Shown in pieces: positions 15,282 to 23,994 of a stretch of 64,000 bases of DNA (positions are counted from its first letter, which is position 1; the number at the start of each line of letters is the position of its first letter). Below the pieces are notes generated by a model that saw only the letters and a list, made by a program, of their open reading frames with translations, did no database searches and was not told the origin of the DNA. Source of the stretch: a virus; the IMG/VR virus record IMGVR_UViG_3300007790_000161, positions 5,809 to 69,808 of that record. One strand, written 5' to 3'. The translations under genes and the position numbers were made by a program.

Positions 15282-15773
15282 GTGTTCCGACTTTCGGTGA
15301 ATGGCAAAACCTACAACCCGACTTCCGTTAAGGATTTTTGGCCGCGTGCCAATCGTTCTGACGGATACGACGGAAGTTGGGTTGAATTCCCGGATTTCTA
15401 TTACTGCGTTTGGATGACCATTGACGGCAAGACTTTTGCCGTTGACGGAAATGCTTCGCGGTATGAGCTTGCCCGGCACATTCGGAATTCCCGCAAGATT
15501 GCGGCGAGTAATCCGGATGTTCCCTTTTCCATCGGCTATCAGAAGATTTGGACAACGCGACGGGAATTGCTTTGCCCGTGGTGTGGCGTCCGGCCGGACC
15601 AATGGGAATGGGACTGTGACGGACAGTTTCCCATGTCCACATGTGGCAGCGAACAGTGTGACAAGCTGAATCGCTGTCAGGGGTGCGGACGCGACGGGGA
15701 GGCACGCATTAACCATCTGTGTGATGAGTGCTACGTCATGGAATACAAGCGACCACTACCGGGCCGGAAGTAA
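15282..15773 (+). CDS. hypothetical protein with C-terminal Zn fingers
   Basis: RBS AAAGGAG with GTG at 15282; CPWC, CxxxxC, CQGC and CDEC. Confidence 0.7.
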   Translation: MFRLSVNGKTYNPTSVKDFWPRANRSDGYDGSWVEFPDFYYCVWMTIDGKTFAVDGNASRYELARHIRNSRKIAASNPDVPFSIGYQKIWTTRRELLCPWCGVRPDQWEWDCDGQFPMSTCGSEQCDKLNRCQGCGRDGEARINHLCDECYVMEYKRPLPGRK

Positions 15774-15870
15774 TTCAGCTAGTAGTTTGGGGGTCTGCCT
15801 TTCCCGAAAGGGAAAGGCATTCCACCCCAATCCGCTAGACGAAAAGCGGTGTCCTGAAAGGGAAAAGGAA

Positions 15871-16545
15871 ATGTCCGAAACCATCGGCACTCAGGCTGAG
15901 GCGGAAGAGATTTTCAGTTTCGTTCTGCGCTATAACGCGTGGAAGCAAATGGAGCGGAACAACGAATTCGCGGCGTACGAATTCAGCCATCACGCAGAAA
16001 TGCTGCGGCTGCACCGACAGTTCCCGGATGACCCTTGGTACCGGCACCCCGGCCCGCTCCGTTGCCACTACGCCTACGGGCCGAACATCGAAAAGCCGGA
16101 ACTTCCGGAAGGTTGGAAGTTCCTTGCGGCCGGTGTCTCCCGTCGCGCTTACCTCTCCCCTTCCGGGGTGGTTTACAAGGTGCAGCGCAACCCTGAGAGC
16201 GACTATCAGGGGAACAAGGGAGAGCACGAAACGGCGGAGCGTGTGCGCAAGTCCGGGGATGTCCGGGGCGCGTACATTCCCCGGACGTCGCTTTACAAGG
16301 TTCCGGGGTCATGGGTAATCGCCCTGGAATACATGAACGGCATTCGCGGTGACGACCATTGGGAAATGTACTGCTATCCCGGTGAACGGTGCCGTTGCGC
16401 ATTCCCCGGATACGTCCGGTGCGCGTCCGCTATCAAGCGGGAATTGCAGAACAAGTTGGGCCTTTCCGACTTGCACAACGAAAACGTTTTGTGGGTTCCC
16501 TCACAACGCGTTTGGGCGGTCGTTGACTTGGGATTGGCCAACTAA
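15871..16545 (+). CDS. protein-kinase-like protein (paralog 2)
   Basis: AAGVSRRAY, VVYK, NKGE, IALEYMNG, DLHNEN and VVDLG. Confidence 0.82.
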   Translation: MSETIGTQAEAEEIFSFVLRYNAWKQMERNNEFAAYEFSHHAEMLRLHRQFPDDPWYRHPGPLRCHYAYGPNIEKPELPEGWKFLAAGVSRRAYLSPSGVVYKVQRNPESDYQGNKGEHETAERVRKSGDVRGAYIPRTSLYKVPGSWVIALEYMNGIRGDDHWEMYCYPGERCRCAFPGYVRCASAIKRELQNKLGLSDLHNENVLWVPSQRVWAVVDLGLAN

Positions 16546-16615
16546 GCCATTCTGTGGCTTTAGGGGTGCTCACTCGAAAGGGTGAGCACACCCTATGGAC
16601 TCACAGAAAGGATGA

Positions 16616-17080
16616 ATGACAGTGAGTTTCAATCCGGCTGAGAAAGTCAGTCAGTGGAATTACGCCGTAGAAATCGAGTATTCGGAAGGGACTAGCACTC
16701 TCATCCGTTCGGCTTTCTTCGGTACGGCAAAGGATGCGGCTGCATTCCTTGACGGTTTCGACTACACAAACGGTGACGTTTTCGGGTGGTCGGGTGATTC
16801 CGCAACGATGGAAGCAATCCAGAGTTACCGAAAGGGTGACGACGTGCGAGCGGTTCCGGAATTCATCACGGAATACGACGTTGACGACGAAACCGATTCG
16901 GGTAAGGCAATCGGAGCGGACGAATTCAATCGTCTGTTTCTCGCCTTCCACCGAAAGGACGGTTTCACGGTGCGCCGTTGGGCCGTTCCGAACGGACACG
17001 TTTACGCCGTTATGTATAACGGTGAGCTGTCCGGCGCGGCATGGCACGTTCCGACGGATGCGGATTCCGTCATCATGTAA
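16616..17080 (+). CDS. hypothetical protein
   Basis: RBS GAAAGGA; acidic. Confidence 0.7.
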   Translation: MTVSFNPAEKVSQWNYAVEIEYSEGTSTLIRSAFFGTAKDAAAFLDGFDYTNGDVFGWSGDSATMEAIQSYRKGDDVRAVPEFITEYDVDDETDSGKAIGADEFNRLFLAFHRKDGFTVRRWAVPNGHVYAVMYNGELSGAAWHVPTDADSVIM

Positions 17081-17168
17081 GAGCCTTTCAGTCTCTATAG
17101 GGAAAGGGGGTGGTTACCTTGCGACGTAGGCGCAAGCGCAAATTACCCAACGGCTGAAAGGAAAAGGA

Positions 17169-17405
17169 ATGCGGGAATATCTGGTCTGGAATGAATCCGG
17201 CGACTTGCTTTCGGGACCACACCGGAAGAGAGAAACGGCGGAAAGGATGGAAGCTAAGTTCATGGCGGAATGTGCGGCGGAATGCGGTACAGACGGTATG
17301 GACGAAAACGGAAACGGTAATTTCGCGTGCGGAGTGCTTTCCCCGCACGGAATCCACATTCAAGTGACGGAAGGTGGATACGACATTACCGGGCACGATT
17401 ACTGA
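17169..17405 (+). CDS. hypothetical protein
   Basis: RBS AAGGA. Confidence 0.65.
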   Translation: MREYLVWNESGDLLSGPHRKRETAERMEAKFMAECAAECGTDGMDENGNGNFACGVLSPHGIHIQVTEGGYDITGHDY

Positions 17406-17486
17406 CGCTAGGGCGTCCGGGCATTCGCAACTGTCGTTGTGAGTGTCCGAATGTCCTAAGGGTTAGGGCATTGAAAGGGGTATGAA

Positions 17487-17660
17487 ATGCGTACGGTCAA
17501 GGTTGACGGTAAGTCGGGCATCATCGCTGCGCGCGGTATGGGTCCGAACGATGGCAACGTGTTCGTTCTGTTCGATGGGGACGGCACGGCGGAAGAGTCG
17601 GCCCGTTGGGTGTCGGTGGAGTCGGTCACGGTGACCGGAACCCTTCCCGCATCGTTCTAG
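17487..17660 (+). CDS. hypothetical protein (57 aa, SH3-like beta pattern; not in the ORF track)
   Basis: RBS AAAGGGG; MRTVKVDGKSGIIAARG...VFVLFDG...WVSVESV. Confidence 0.6.
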   Translation: MRTVKVDGKSGIIAARGMGPNDGNVFVLFDGDGTAEESARWVSVESVTVTGTLPASF

Positions 17661-17763
17661 GCCCGTGGGGGCCGTTCTGAGAGGCTTTGGAACGCCCCCC
17701 GGCCCGTTTCCCCAACCAAGCTGAGTACGGCCGTTAGAGCGGCGTACAGGAGGTTTTTGTAGC

Positions 17764-18027
17764 ATGGAACGTAGCACGGTGTCCCTGTCCACTCCGCGCG
17801 GGGAACTGATTCGGTTTGAGATTCCGGGATTCGGTTTGGTGCACATGCGCCCCGGAAATCTCGCGGAATGCATGACGCGCACTGAGGAAATGACGATTCC
17901 GGAAATTCGGCAGTCGCTCATTTCGGAAGGGTGGAGCTTGGGAATCCTTGACGGTCCGTCCGATGCAATTTCCCGAATCTCTTGGGTTGCGGTTTGGGGA
18001 GAGTGCCACGGACACGGCATTTTCTGA
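17764..18027 (+). CDS. hypothetical protein
   Basis: RBS AGGAGG. Confidence 0.65.
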   Translation: MERSTVSLSTPRGELIRFEIPGFGLVHMRPGNLAECMTRTEEMTIPEIRQSLISEGWSLGILDGPSDAISRISWVAVWGECHGHGIF

Positions 18028-18122
18028 TATGAGCGTTTAGCCGCTCTAGTCATTCTCAGGATTCCTGAGTTTGGCTAAATCGGCTGAAAGCAAAGTCGAG
18101 AATTCCACGAAAGGGAATTACC

Positions 18123-18680
18123 GTGATTGGCAATGCACGTGACGCGGAAATGATTCGTGATTACGTCGTTAACTCGCGGATTGTCCGGGAAGAGCGTTCG
18201 AATTACGAATGTGGCTATTTCATCGGCCCCGTTCGCAATCGACCGGCCCGACCGGAAGGATGGAAGCGCGTAGGCGGCGGGTGTTTTCGTTCCGCGTGGC
18301 TTTCCCCGGACGGTGTGATTTACAAGGTGGAACACGCTTACGGGAATGGCGGGCAGTCGAATTCGGAGGAATACGAAAACGTCGTCCGAATCCTCACGGG
18401 GAACAAGTCGCACCCTTACGTGTCCATTCCGCGAGTCACCTATTACGCCCTTGACGGGCGGGGGGTCATCGCAATGGAGTACGTGAACGGGGAAGAGCCG
18501 GGATACTGCCACGGGTGCGGAAGTGGTTACCGGCACTGCACCACAAAGGTTCGGGGGAAGTGCATTAACCACATTTACGCGGAAATCGAAAAGGAATTCG
18601 GCCTTTTCGATATGCACTCCGGAAACGTGATGTTCATTCCCGAACAAGAGCGTTTCGTCGTTATCGACATTGGCGCTTAG
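18123..18680 (+). CDS. protein-kinase-like protein (paralog 3)
   Basis: GGGCFRSAW, VIYK, NSEE, IAMEYVNG, DMHSGN and VIDIG. Confidence 0.82.
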   Translation: MIGNARDAEMIRDYVVNSRIVREERSNYECGYFIGPVRNRPARPEGWKRVGGGCFRSAWLSPDGVIYKVEHAYGNGGQSNSEEYENVVRILTGNKSHPYVSIPRVTYYALDGRGVIAMEYVNGEEPGYCHGCGSGYRHCTTKVRGKCINHIYAEIEKEFGLFDMHSGNVMFIPEQERFVVIDIGA

Positions 18681-18759
18681 ACGTCTAGTGATTGGCAGGC
18701 TTGTTTAGCTGCCTTTCGCTAAATGCCTAAGGGTTAGGCAGGAAAAGGGGAAATGCAGA

Positions 18760-19098
18760 ATGACGGTAAAGCTTGGCATGTACGGCAAGGGTCGCACTTC
18801 CTGGATTGACTTCCGGGATGTGATTCTGTCGGGTGAGGCTTTCACCATTTCTTCCGGCACGTTCTACGGTGGTCCGGTCAAGCCCGGTTATGCGGCCCAT
18901 TTGGAAATGGGCCGGATGCCGAATAACGAGCGTGAGATTTTCCGCGCGCTCGCGCCGGAAATCGATTACGTGATTTACAGCTATGCGACTCCGATTGCAT
19001 GGCACGAAAGGGGTGCGGACGTTTGGCACCTTACGGAAGCGGGTCACAGCAATTCCACAAAGCGGCACAAGGGTAAGCTTTGTGGTCTGCCGTTCTAA
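18760..19098 (+). CDS. hypothetical protein (YSYxTPIAW motif)
   Basis: RBS AAGGGG; recurrent phage motif. Confidence 0.7.
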   Translation: MTVKLGMYGKGRTSWIDFRDVILSGEAFTISSGTFYGGPVKPGYAAHLEMGRMPNNEREIFRALAPEIDYVIYSYATPIAWHERGADVWHLTEAGHSNSTKRHKGKLCGLPF

Positions 19099-19183
19099 AC
19101 GGTTCGGGTTGCGGTATTCCGGGCGGGTGTTCGGAATACCGTTTTCCCAATCCGCTTAGGGTGAGTGGATTAGAAAGGAAATC

Positions 19184-19393
19184 ATGGTTATTCTTGCGTT
19201 GCTCGGAATGTTCGCTATTTCGCTCGTGTTCGGAGCGATTGCGGCTGTCCCTATCGCATGGCTTGTCATGCTGATTATGGGAGCGCTGCATAGCGTATTC
19301 CCGTCCGTGGAAAACCTTTCCTTCCTTTCGGCATGGGTGGCAACTTGGCTTGTTGCCATTATCGCCGGGGTGTTTGTGCAGAACCGAAGCTAA
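19184..19393 (+). CDS. membrane protein
   Basis: RBS AAAGGA; almost entirely hydrophobic. Confidence 0.7.
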   Translation: MVILALLGMFAISLVFGAIAAVPIAWLVMLIMGALHSVFPSVENLSFLSAWVATWLVAIIAGVFVQNRS

Positions 19394-19477
19394 CGGTTCG
19401 GGTGATTGGCAATGGAGAGTTTGCCAATTGCTCAATCCGCTAGATTCAAAAAGCGGTGACCGAAAGGGTAAAAGCTA

Positions 19478-19858
19478 ATGGGACACATTTTCGCTTTCAT
19501 GACCGGTACCGCCGTTTCGCTTGACGGTGGGGAGGACGAAAGGGAAGAGCGTCACGGCTGGATTGACAAGGAATGGAGCATGACCGTTCTGCACGATTCC
19601 CGGAACGACGTTTCTCCGCTGGTTTCCGTTGACGAATCGGACACGGAAACCCTCACGGACGAAATCCGGGATGTGTTGGGAGACGGTTCCCTGTGGGATG
19701 ACAACGGGGACGGCTCTTTCTATGCACAGGGTGAGTCCGTGGAAGATGGTTACGCATGGACGTACGCCGTGCATTTCAAGCGCAAGGGTGGCGCGTCTGA
19801 GGGGTTCGCGGAGACGGATTGGCACCCTGAGACGGACGGCGGTATTTCTCTCGTCTGA
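19478..19858 (+). CDS. acidic hypothetical protein
   Basis: RBS AAAGGG. Confidence 0.7.
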   Translation: MGHIFAFMTGTAVSLDGGEDEREERHGWIDKEWSMTVLHDSRNDVSPLVSVDESDTETLTDEIRDVLGDGSLWDDNGDGSFYAQGESVEDGYAWTYAVHFKRKGGASEGFAETDWHPETDGGISLV

Positions 19859-19916
19859 GAGGCATACAGCCGCTAGGCGGTAGGTTGGTACATAGCGTGC
19901 AACAAAAAGGTGCTGT

Positions 19917-20393
19917 GTGCCTTCCTACGGCACCGGGAAACCGTTCCCGGTGTCTGGCTTAGGGAAGGGGTTACAAGTGGCTCTAACGGGCGTACACGCG
20001 TGCATGGACGGTATCCGGCACGGCAACGGGGAGTGTGGTTTCAGTCCGTTGTCTGTCCGGGGTGCGACGTGCTGTCAGTGCAAGGGGTATCCGGCCACTA
20101 CCGCACAGGGTGACTGCACTGTGTGCGGGGGCGGGTATTACGAATCGATGGACGATTTCCGGGCCGATATTCCCCCGGTAGATTCCGGGCGGGTAGTGAG
20201 TGAATTCCCCATTACCATTACCGCCTATAGAGGAAACAAGGAAGTAAAGGTAAGTGGAGTAAGGGAAGATTCGGTAAAGGCCAATACGGATAGGGAAGGG
20301 AATGTGTTCCTTTCCTTTGAATTCAAGGATGACCCGGACCGAATCGGGTACATTCCTTGCGTGGATTGGTACGCAACCGAATGTGAATGGTAG
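19917..20393 (+). CDS. hypothetical protein; the true start may be GTG 20196
   Basis: The C-terminal 65 aa look like a discrete protein. The 5' part competes with ORF 19910-20113. Confidence 0.45.
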   Translation: MPSYGTGKPFPVSGLGKGLQVALTGVHACMDGIRHGNGECGFSPLSVRGATCCQCKGYPATTAQGDCTVCGGGYYESMDDFRADIPPVDSGRVVSEFPITITAYRGNKEVKVSGVREDSVKANTDREGNVFLSFEFKDDPDRIGYIPCVDWYATECEW

Positions 20394-20622
20394 AAAAGCA
20401 CTACACACTAGGAAGAAAGGACAGCCTATCGATTGTCGATAGATTTAGAGGGTAATAGTGCGGCAATTCAAAAGGCCGCATTTAATAGGTAATTCGGCTA
20501 AAAAGCCTGCAAATGCAAGGGAAAAGGCATGAAAACGGCTGCATTTCTCGCAATTCTCGGTGTTTCTCTGTGCATCCTGTATATCAGGGGCGCATATACG
20601 GTAATTACAGGAGGGTAGATAT

Positions 20623-20904
20623 ATGGGTTGTGCTATTCAGTGGGTATCTAGGAAGGGAAATGGGGGTGTTATCTATGGTGGGTATGTAGTGAATGACGGT
20701 ACACACATTGTCTTTGTGGATACCCGGTCAAAGGGGAATACCCGCCCGCTCTATCTCTACCTAGGAAAGGGGGATGACCTAAAGGGTATGGCTGTATATA
20801 GGGAATCGGCATTCATCATGCCGGATGTTCTCTTGAATGCAGCTCAATACAATACCCTTGTTGCCTCTATGGATGACTATAAGACTAGGTCATTCAAAGG
20901 GTAA
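20623..20904 (+). CDS. hypothetical protein
   Basis: RBS AGGAGG. Confidence 0.6.
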   Translation: MGCAIQWVSRKGNGGVIYGGYVVNDGTHIVFVDTRSKGNTRPLYLYLGKGDDLKGMAVYRESAFIMPDVLLNAAQYNTLVASMDDYKTRSFKG

Positions 20905-21112
20905 TCAGTCGGAAGAAAACCCGCGAGAAATCCGGGCGGAAAAGATTCAGCATTATGGAGAGGTTGCATCCTTTGCGGGTAGGGGTGTTCTTTTCGTCGG
21001 CACAATGGGAATTGCTGCGGTATCGGCAATCGCAATCGCTCTAGCTGGATTGTTCTTTGTCCTGGGAATTGTGTTCCAAGCTTTCTCGGTATTCTAGAGA
21101 GGAATTCTTTTA

Positions 21113-21156
21113 GGGGACCCGGCGATAATCTCAATGGGTCCCCCGGAATTCTTTTT
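21113..21156 (+). terminator. terminator ending the early block
   Basis: GGGGACCC...GGGTCCCC followed by a T tract. Confidence 0.6.
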
Positions 21157-21310
21157 CAATTGCGAAAGCAATTGTTTATGGGCGCACTAATTGCGAATGC
21201 AAATTCGAATTGCCGGCCTATATCATACATCACAAAAAATTTGTGACATTTTGAATCTGGAAATAGGTTACTTTAAGTTGATTGTAGCTAACGGAGAGTA
21301 TTCGGCCCTA

Positions 21311-21344
21311 AACACAAAAATGCCCCTCCCCGAAGGGAGAGGCA
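21311..21344 (-). terminator. intrinsic terminator ending the leftward arm
   Basis: Minus strand reads TGCC-TCTCCC-TTCG-GGGAGG-GGCA then TTTTTGTGTTT. Confidence 0.85.
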
Positions 21345-21349
21345 AATTC

Positions 21350-21556
21350 TTATTCTTCTTCTACTTCAATAGAAAATGCCGGAGCAGGAGTAAATGTCTG
21401 TCCTTGCTCGTGCATTTCTGCTAGTTGGGCTGCCTTATGAGGACTTTCTACTGCAAGTAGGGCAAGTAGAATATCGTAGACTCTCATCATTTGAATCAGA
21501 AGAACGACATTAAAGTTTTCTGGCGCAAATGCGTCTTCAGAGGGATTGTGGTTCAT
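21350..21556 (-). CDS. hypothetical protein
   Basis: Last gene of the leftward operon. Confidence 0.55.
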   Translation of the reverse strand: MNHNPSEDAFAPENFNVVLLIQMMRVYDILLALLAVESPHKAAQLAEMHEQGQTFTPAPAFSIEVEEE

Positions 21557-21725
21557 CTAGTCTTCTTTCTACAGAAGTAATTCTGTCTTCTTCTAGGGTT
21601 ACTTTCCACTCTTCCACCAAAAACCCGCCGTCGATTTCCTCAACCGCAATGCTGTTCTTCTTTGCCCAGTACACAAGCTCTTCTCTTGTGCCTAGTCTTT
21701 CCAGTACATCCTTTTGTGTTGCCAT
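21537..21725 (-). CDS. hypothetical protein
   Basis: In operon. Confidence 0.6.
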   Translation of the reverse strand: MATQKDVLERLGTREELVYWAKKNSIAVEEIDGGFLVEEWKVTLEEDRITSVERRLDEPQSL

Positions 21726-21734
21726 ACTTACATT

Positions 21735-21893
21735 TTACTTGATATAGCTGAACTTGTCACCATTGAATACGCAAGTCCAACCGCCCACGATAATCTCGCT
21801 CCCACTCTCACGAATGGGCAGGCTGTGCTTTGCCGCAAATGCACGAACCTGAGCCTTGGTCTTACACTTCAAAAGGTCCTTTTGCTTAGCCAT
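21735..21893 (-). CDS. hypothetical protein (52 aa, not in the ORF track)
   Basis: RBS AAGGAG; MAKQKDLLKCKTKAQVRAFAAKH... Confidence 0.6.
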   Translation of the reverse strand: MAKQKDLLKCKTKAQVRAFAAKHSLPIRESGSEIIVGGWTCVFNGDKFSYIK

Positions 21894-22110
21894 TATCAAT
21901 CTCCTTTTCGTATTCGTCGTATAGTCTCATAATGAGGTTTGATAGGTTTGTATTAGCCAAACCCGCCGCAGAAGTCAGCGGCGAGTACATTACCTTATCA
22001 GACATATGAAGCTTTGCATTAGCTTCATTCTGAGTCTCCAGATAATCAACCACGCTGTCAAGAACGTCGAAAATCTTCTGAAGCTCTCTAATCAAATCTG
22101 CCTTTTCCAT
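21886..22110 (-). CDS. hypothetical protein
   Basis: In operon. Confidence 0.6.
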   Translation of the reverse strand: MEKADLIRELQKIFDVLDSVVDYLETQNEANAKLHMSDKVMYSPLTSAAGLANTNLSNLIMRLYDEYEKEIDNG

Positions 22111-22739
22111 TCTTCTCCTACATACTTTGTATAGGCTGGTGGAATTGATTCATTGATTTCCTTGTGAATCATCCAGTCAATACCCATCGCTTTACGCTTT
22201 TCTGCAATAGGTGCATTTCCGCCTCCTGTGACTTGAACAAACATGTCCTCTGTCAGCTTGCGTCCAAAATGGTGCTTCCTCTTGTCGTATGTATAAACAA
22301 GCGCTGTGTGCTTGGGGTGTTGCGGAGCTTCAAATTTCCACCCGCCCGGCTCGAAGAGCCGATGTCTGTATACCCTCAAACCGTCGAACATACTACCGCA
22401 TAGCATAACACCATCCAGCGGGGCTGTGTCAACGTTCTCAATTACATAAGGTAGTCCAGAGTCCTGAAGCATTTCTCGAACCGGCCCAATTAGGTCAGGA
22501 TAGTCTTTACCCGTTCTCTTTTGCAAGTCGCTGTACTTTTGACATGGCGGGCTTGCGTGAACAAAATCAAACCGCCCGCTCATCATCATACGCCAACCTA
22601 CAGAAAGCGCGTCACCCAATACAAAATTGAAAGGATAACGCGTCTGTATCTTGTTGTCTACTCCGACAACTTCAAATCCAGCTTGGTGGTAGCCCATACT
22701 AGCTCCACCAGCGCCACAAAATAGGTCCAATACTCTCAC
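22092..22739 (-). CDS. DNA (cytosine-5)-methyltransferase, short form
   Basis: Motif I VLDLFCGAGG, motif IV SPPCQ and motif VI IENV. Confidence 0.85.
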   Translation of the reverse strand: MRVLDLFCGAGGASMGYHQAGFEVVGVDNKIQTRYPFNFVLGDALSVGWRMMMSGRFDFVHASPPCQKYSDLQKRTGKDYPDLIGPVREMLQDSGLPYVIENVDTAPLDGVMLCGSMFDGLRVYRHRLFEPGGWKFEAPQHPKHTALVYTYDKRKHHFGRKLTEDMFVQVTGGGNAPIAEKRKAMGIDWMIHKEINESIPPAYTKYVGEEWKRQI

Positions 22740-22755
22740 AGACTCATTGTAGCAC

Positions 22756-23529
22756 TTACTGCTTCTTAATTGTATCCATACATACGGGGAACTTCTCGTG
22801 GGTCAACTCCCAAACTGCCTTGGCAAATTCTTGAATCTCAAGTTGCGCGTCATGCTCAAGTCGCTGATGAAGGAAATGAGTTAGAGCACCAAGAGAACAA
22901 GTCCAGCGCCAACGAACATAAAGTCCATAAGCCGGGAGAAATAGACGAGCCTGCTCAGCACAAACACCATTAGCCATTGCGGAGTCATAAAGGTCAATGC
23001 TTTTACGAGCAAGTTCTGTAAGCTCATCTGACCAAAAGTTTCCATATTCCTCAGCAAAATCGTCCCTTACATCAAGAGCGTATCCGTTGTATCTCCAAGC
23101 GCCCCATTCGACATCATCAAGTGACTTAAGCGGAGCACCAGAACCCTGCTTCTTATTCTCGGGAGCAGAACGCCATTCGTTCGGAGCAGGAACGTAAAAC
23201 TCTGGAATTTCAGTTACATAACGACGGGAACTCTCGTTCCATCCGTTCTGGTCATCAAGGTGGGTGCTTGCAACTGCGTACTTCCACCACTGTCTTGCAA
23301 CGAAGAGTGGTGCATAAACCTCAAAAGTGAGAGCGGAATGACGGAACACTGAGGAGTGCTCTTCACGTTGAAGAAAGGCAAGAAGACGTGCTTCTCTATC
23401 CCCAAACTCTTCTGACTCCTTCATGAAAGAAACCTTTGCCGAGTTAATCGGGTCAAGGTCGTCTCCCATGTGCTTTACCATTCGCACATAGCCCTTATCA
23501 AGGACTTCAATCTTCTCCGTCATACGCAT
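22756..23529 (-). CDS. thyX: FAD-dependent thymidylate synthase
   Basis: H.SVFRH, APLFVARQW, NESSRRY, EQARLFLP and AQLEIQ. Confidence 0.93.
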   Translation of the reverse strand: MRMTEKIEVLDKGYVRMVKHMGDDLDPINSAKVSFMKESEEFGDREARLLAFLQREEHSSVFRHSALTFEVYAPLFVARQWWKYAVASTHLDDQNGWNESSRRYVTEIPEFYVPAPNEWRSAPENKKQGSGAPLKSLDDVEWGAWRYNGYALDVRDDFAEEYGNFWSDELTELARKSIDLYDSAMANGVCAEQARLFLPAYGLYVRWRWTCSLGALTHFLHQRLEHDAQLEIQEFAKAVWELTHEKFPVCMDTIKKQ

Positions 23530-23731
23530 CTCCCAAAACGTGTCTCATCGTTGCCTCGTGGGCATTTGTCATTTCATATTTGCGGCGGGCCTCATCATAA
23601 CCCGCCATAATAGCATTGGCAAACCAGCCAAGCATCATATCTTCATCCATGATGTCAATAGGCTCGTTCTCCCATACCTTCATGAATTCCTTTGCCCATA
23701 CTTGAGCATCTGTTGTACTAGTATCAAACAA
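23507..23731 (-). CDS. hypothetical protein
   Basis: DAQVWAKEF...WFANAIMAGYD, a recurrent phage motif. Confidence 0.7.
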   Translation of the reverse strand: MFDTSTTDAQVWAKEFMKVWENEPIDIMDEDMMLGWFANAIMAGYDEARRKYEMTNAHEATMRHVLGDAYDGED

Positions 23732-23879
23732 GGCGTCTCAACTCTTCCTCATGCTCTCGAATCTTTCGAGAAACCCTTGCGGCTCCAATTTCATTCTTTT
23801 CCTTTAGAAATTTAGCACGAATCTTCTTCTGAGATTCAATTTGTTCCTGAAGCCATTCAACCCTCTTGATTGGGTCCAT
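23724..23879 (-). CDS. hypothetical coiled-coil protein (51 aa, not in the ORF track)
   Basis: MDPIKRVEWLQEQIESQKK... Confidence 0.55.
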   Translation of the reverse strand: MDPIKRVEWLQEQIESQKKIRAKFLKEKNEIGAARVSRKIREHEEELRRLV

Positions 23880-23994
23880 TGACAATCTCCTCAAACTCAG
23901 CGCTTACGTCTGCCTTCTCTTGGGTTACGTAGAATGCTCCATCGTCGTCTTGCTCGATTGGAACTCCGTCCGACCCAATGTAGAAATTTCCCAT
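23857..23994 (-). CDS. small acidic protein
   Basis: RBS AAGGAG before MGNFYIGSDG. Confidence 0.5.
   Translation of the reverse strand: MGNFYIGSDGVPIEQDDDGAFYVTQEKADVSAEFEEIVNGPNQEG

Noticed and set aside
17452-19165. Telomere-like TTAGGG in early spacers
   Set aside because: Isolated copies that are part of small hairpins (CCTAAGGGTTAGG), not tandem arrays.
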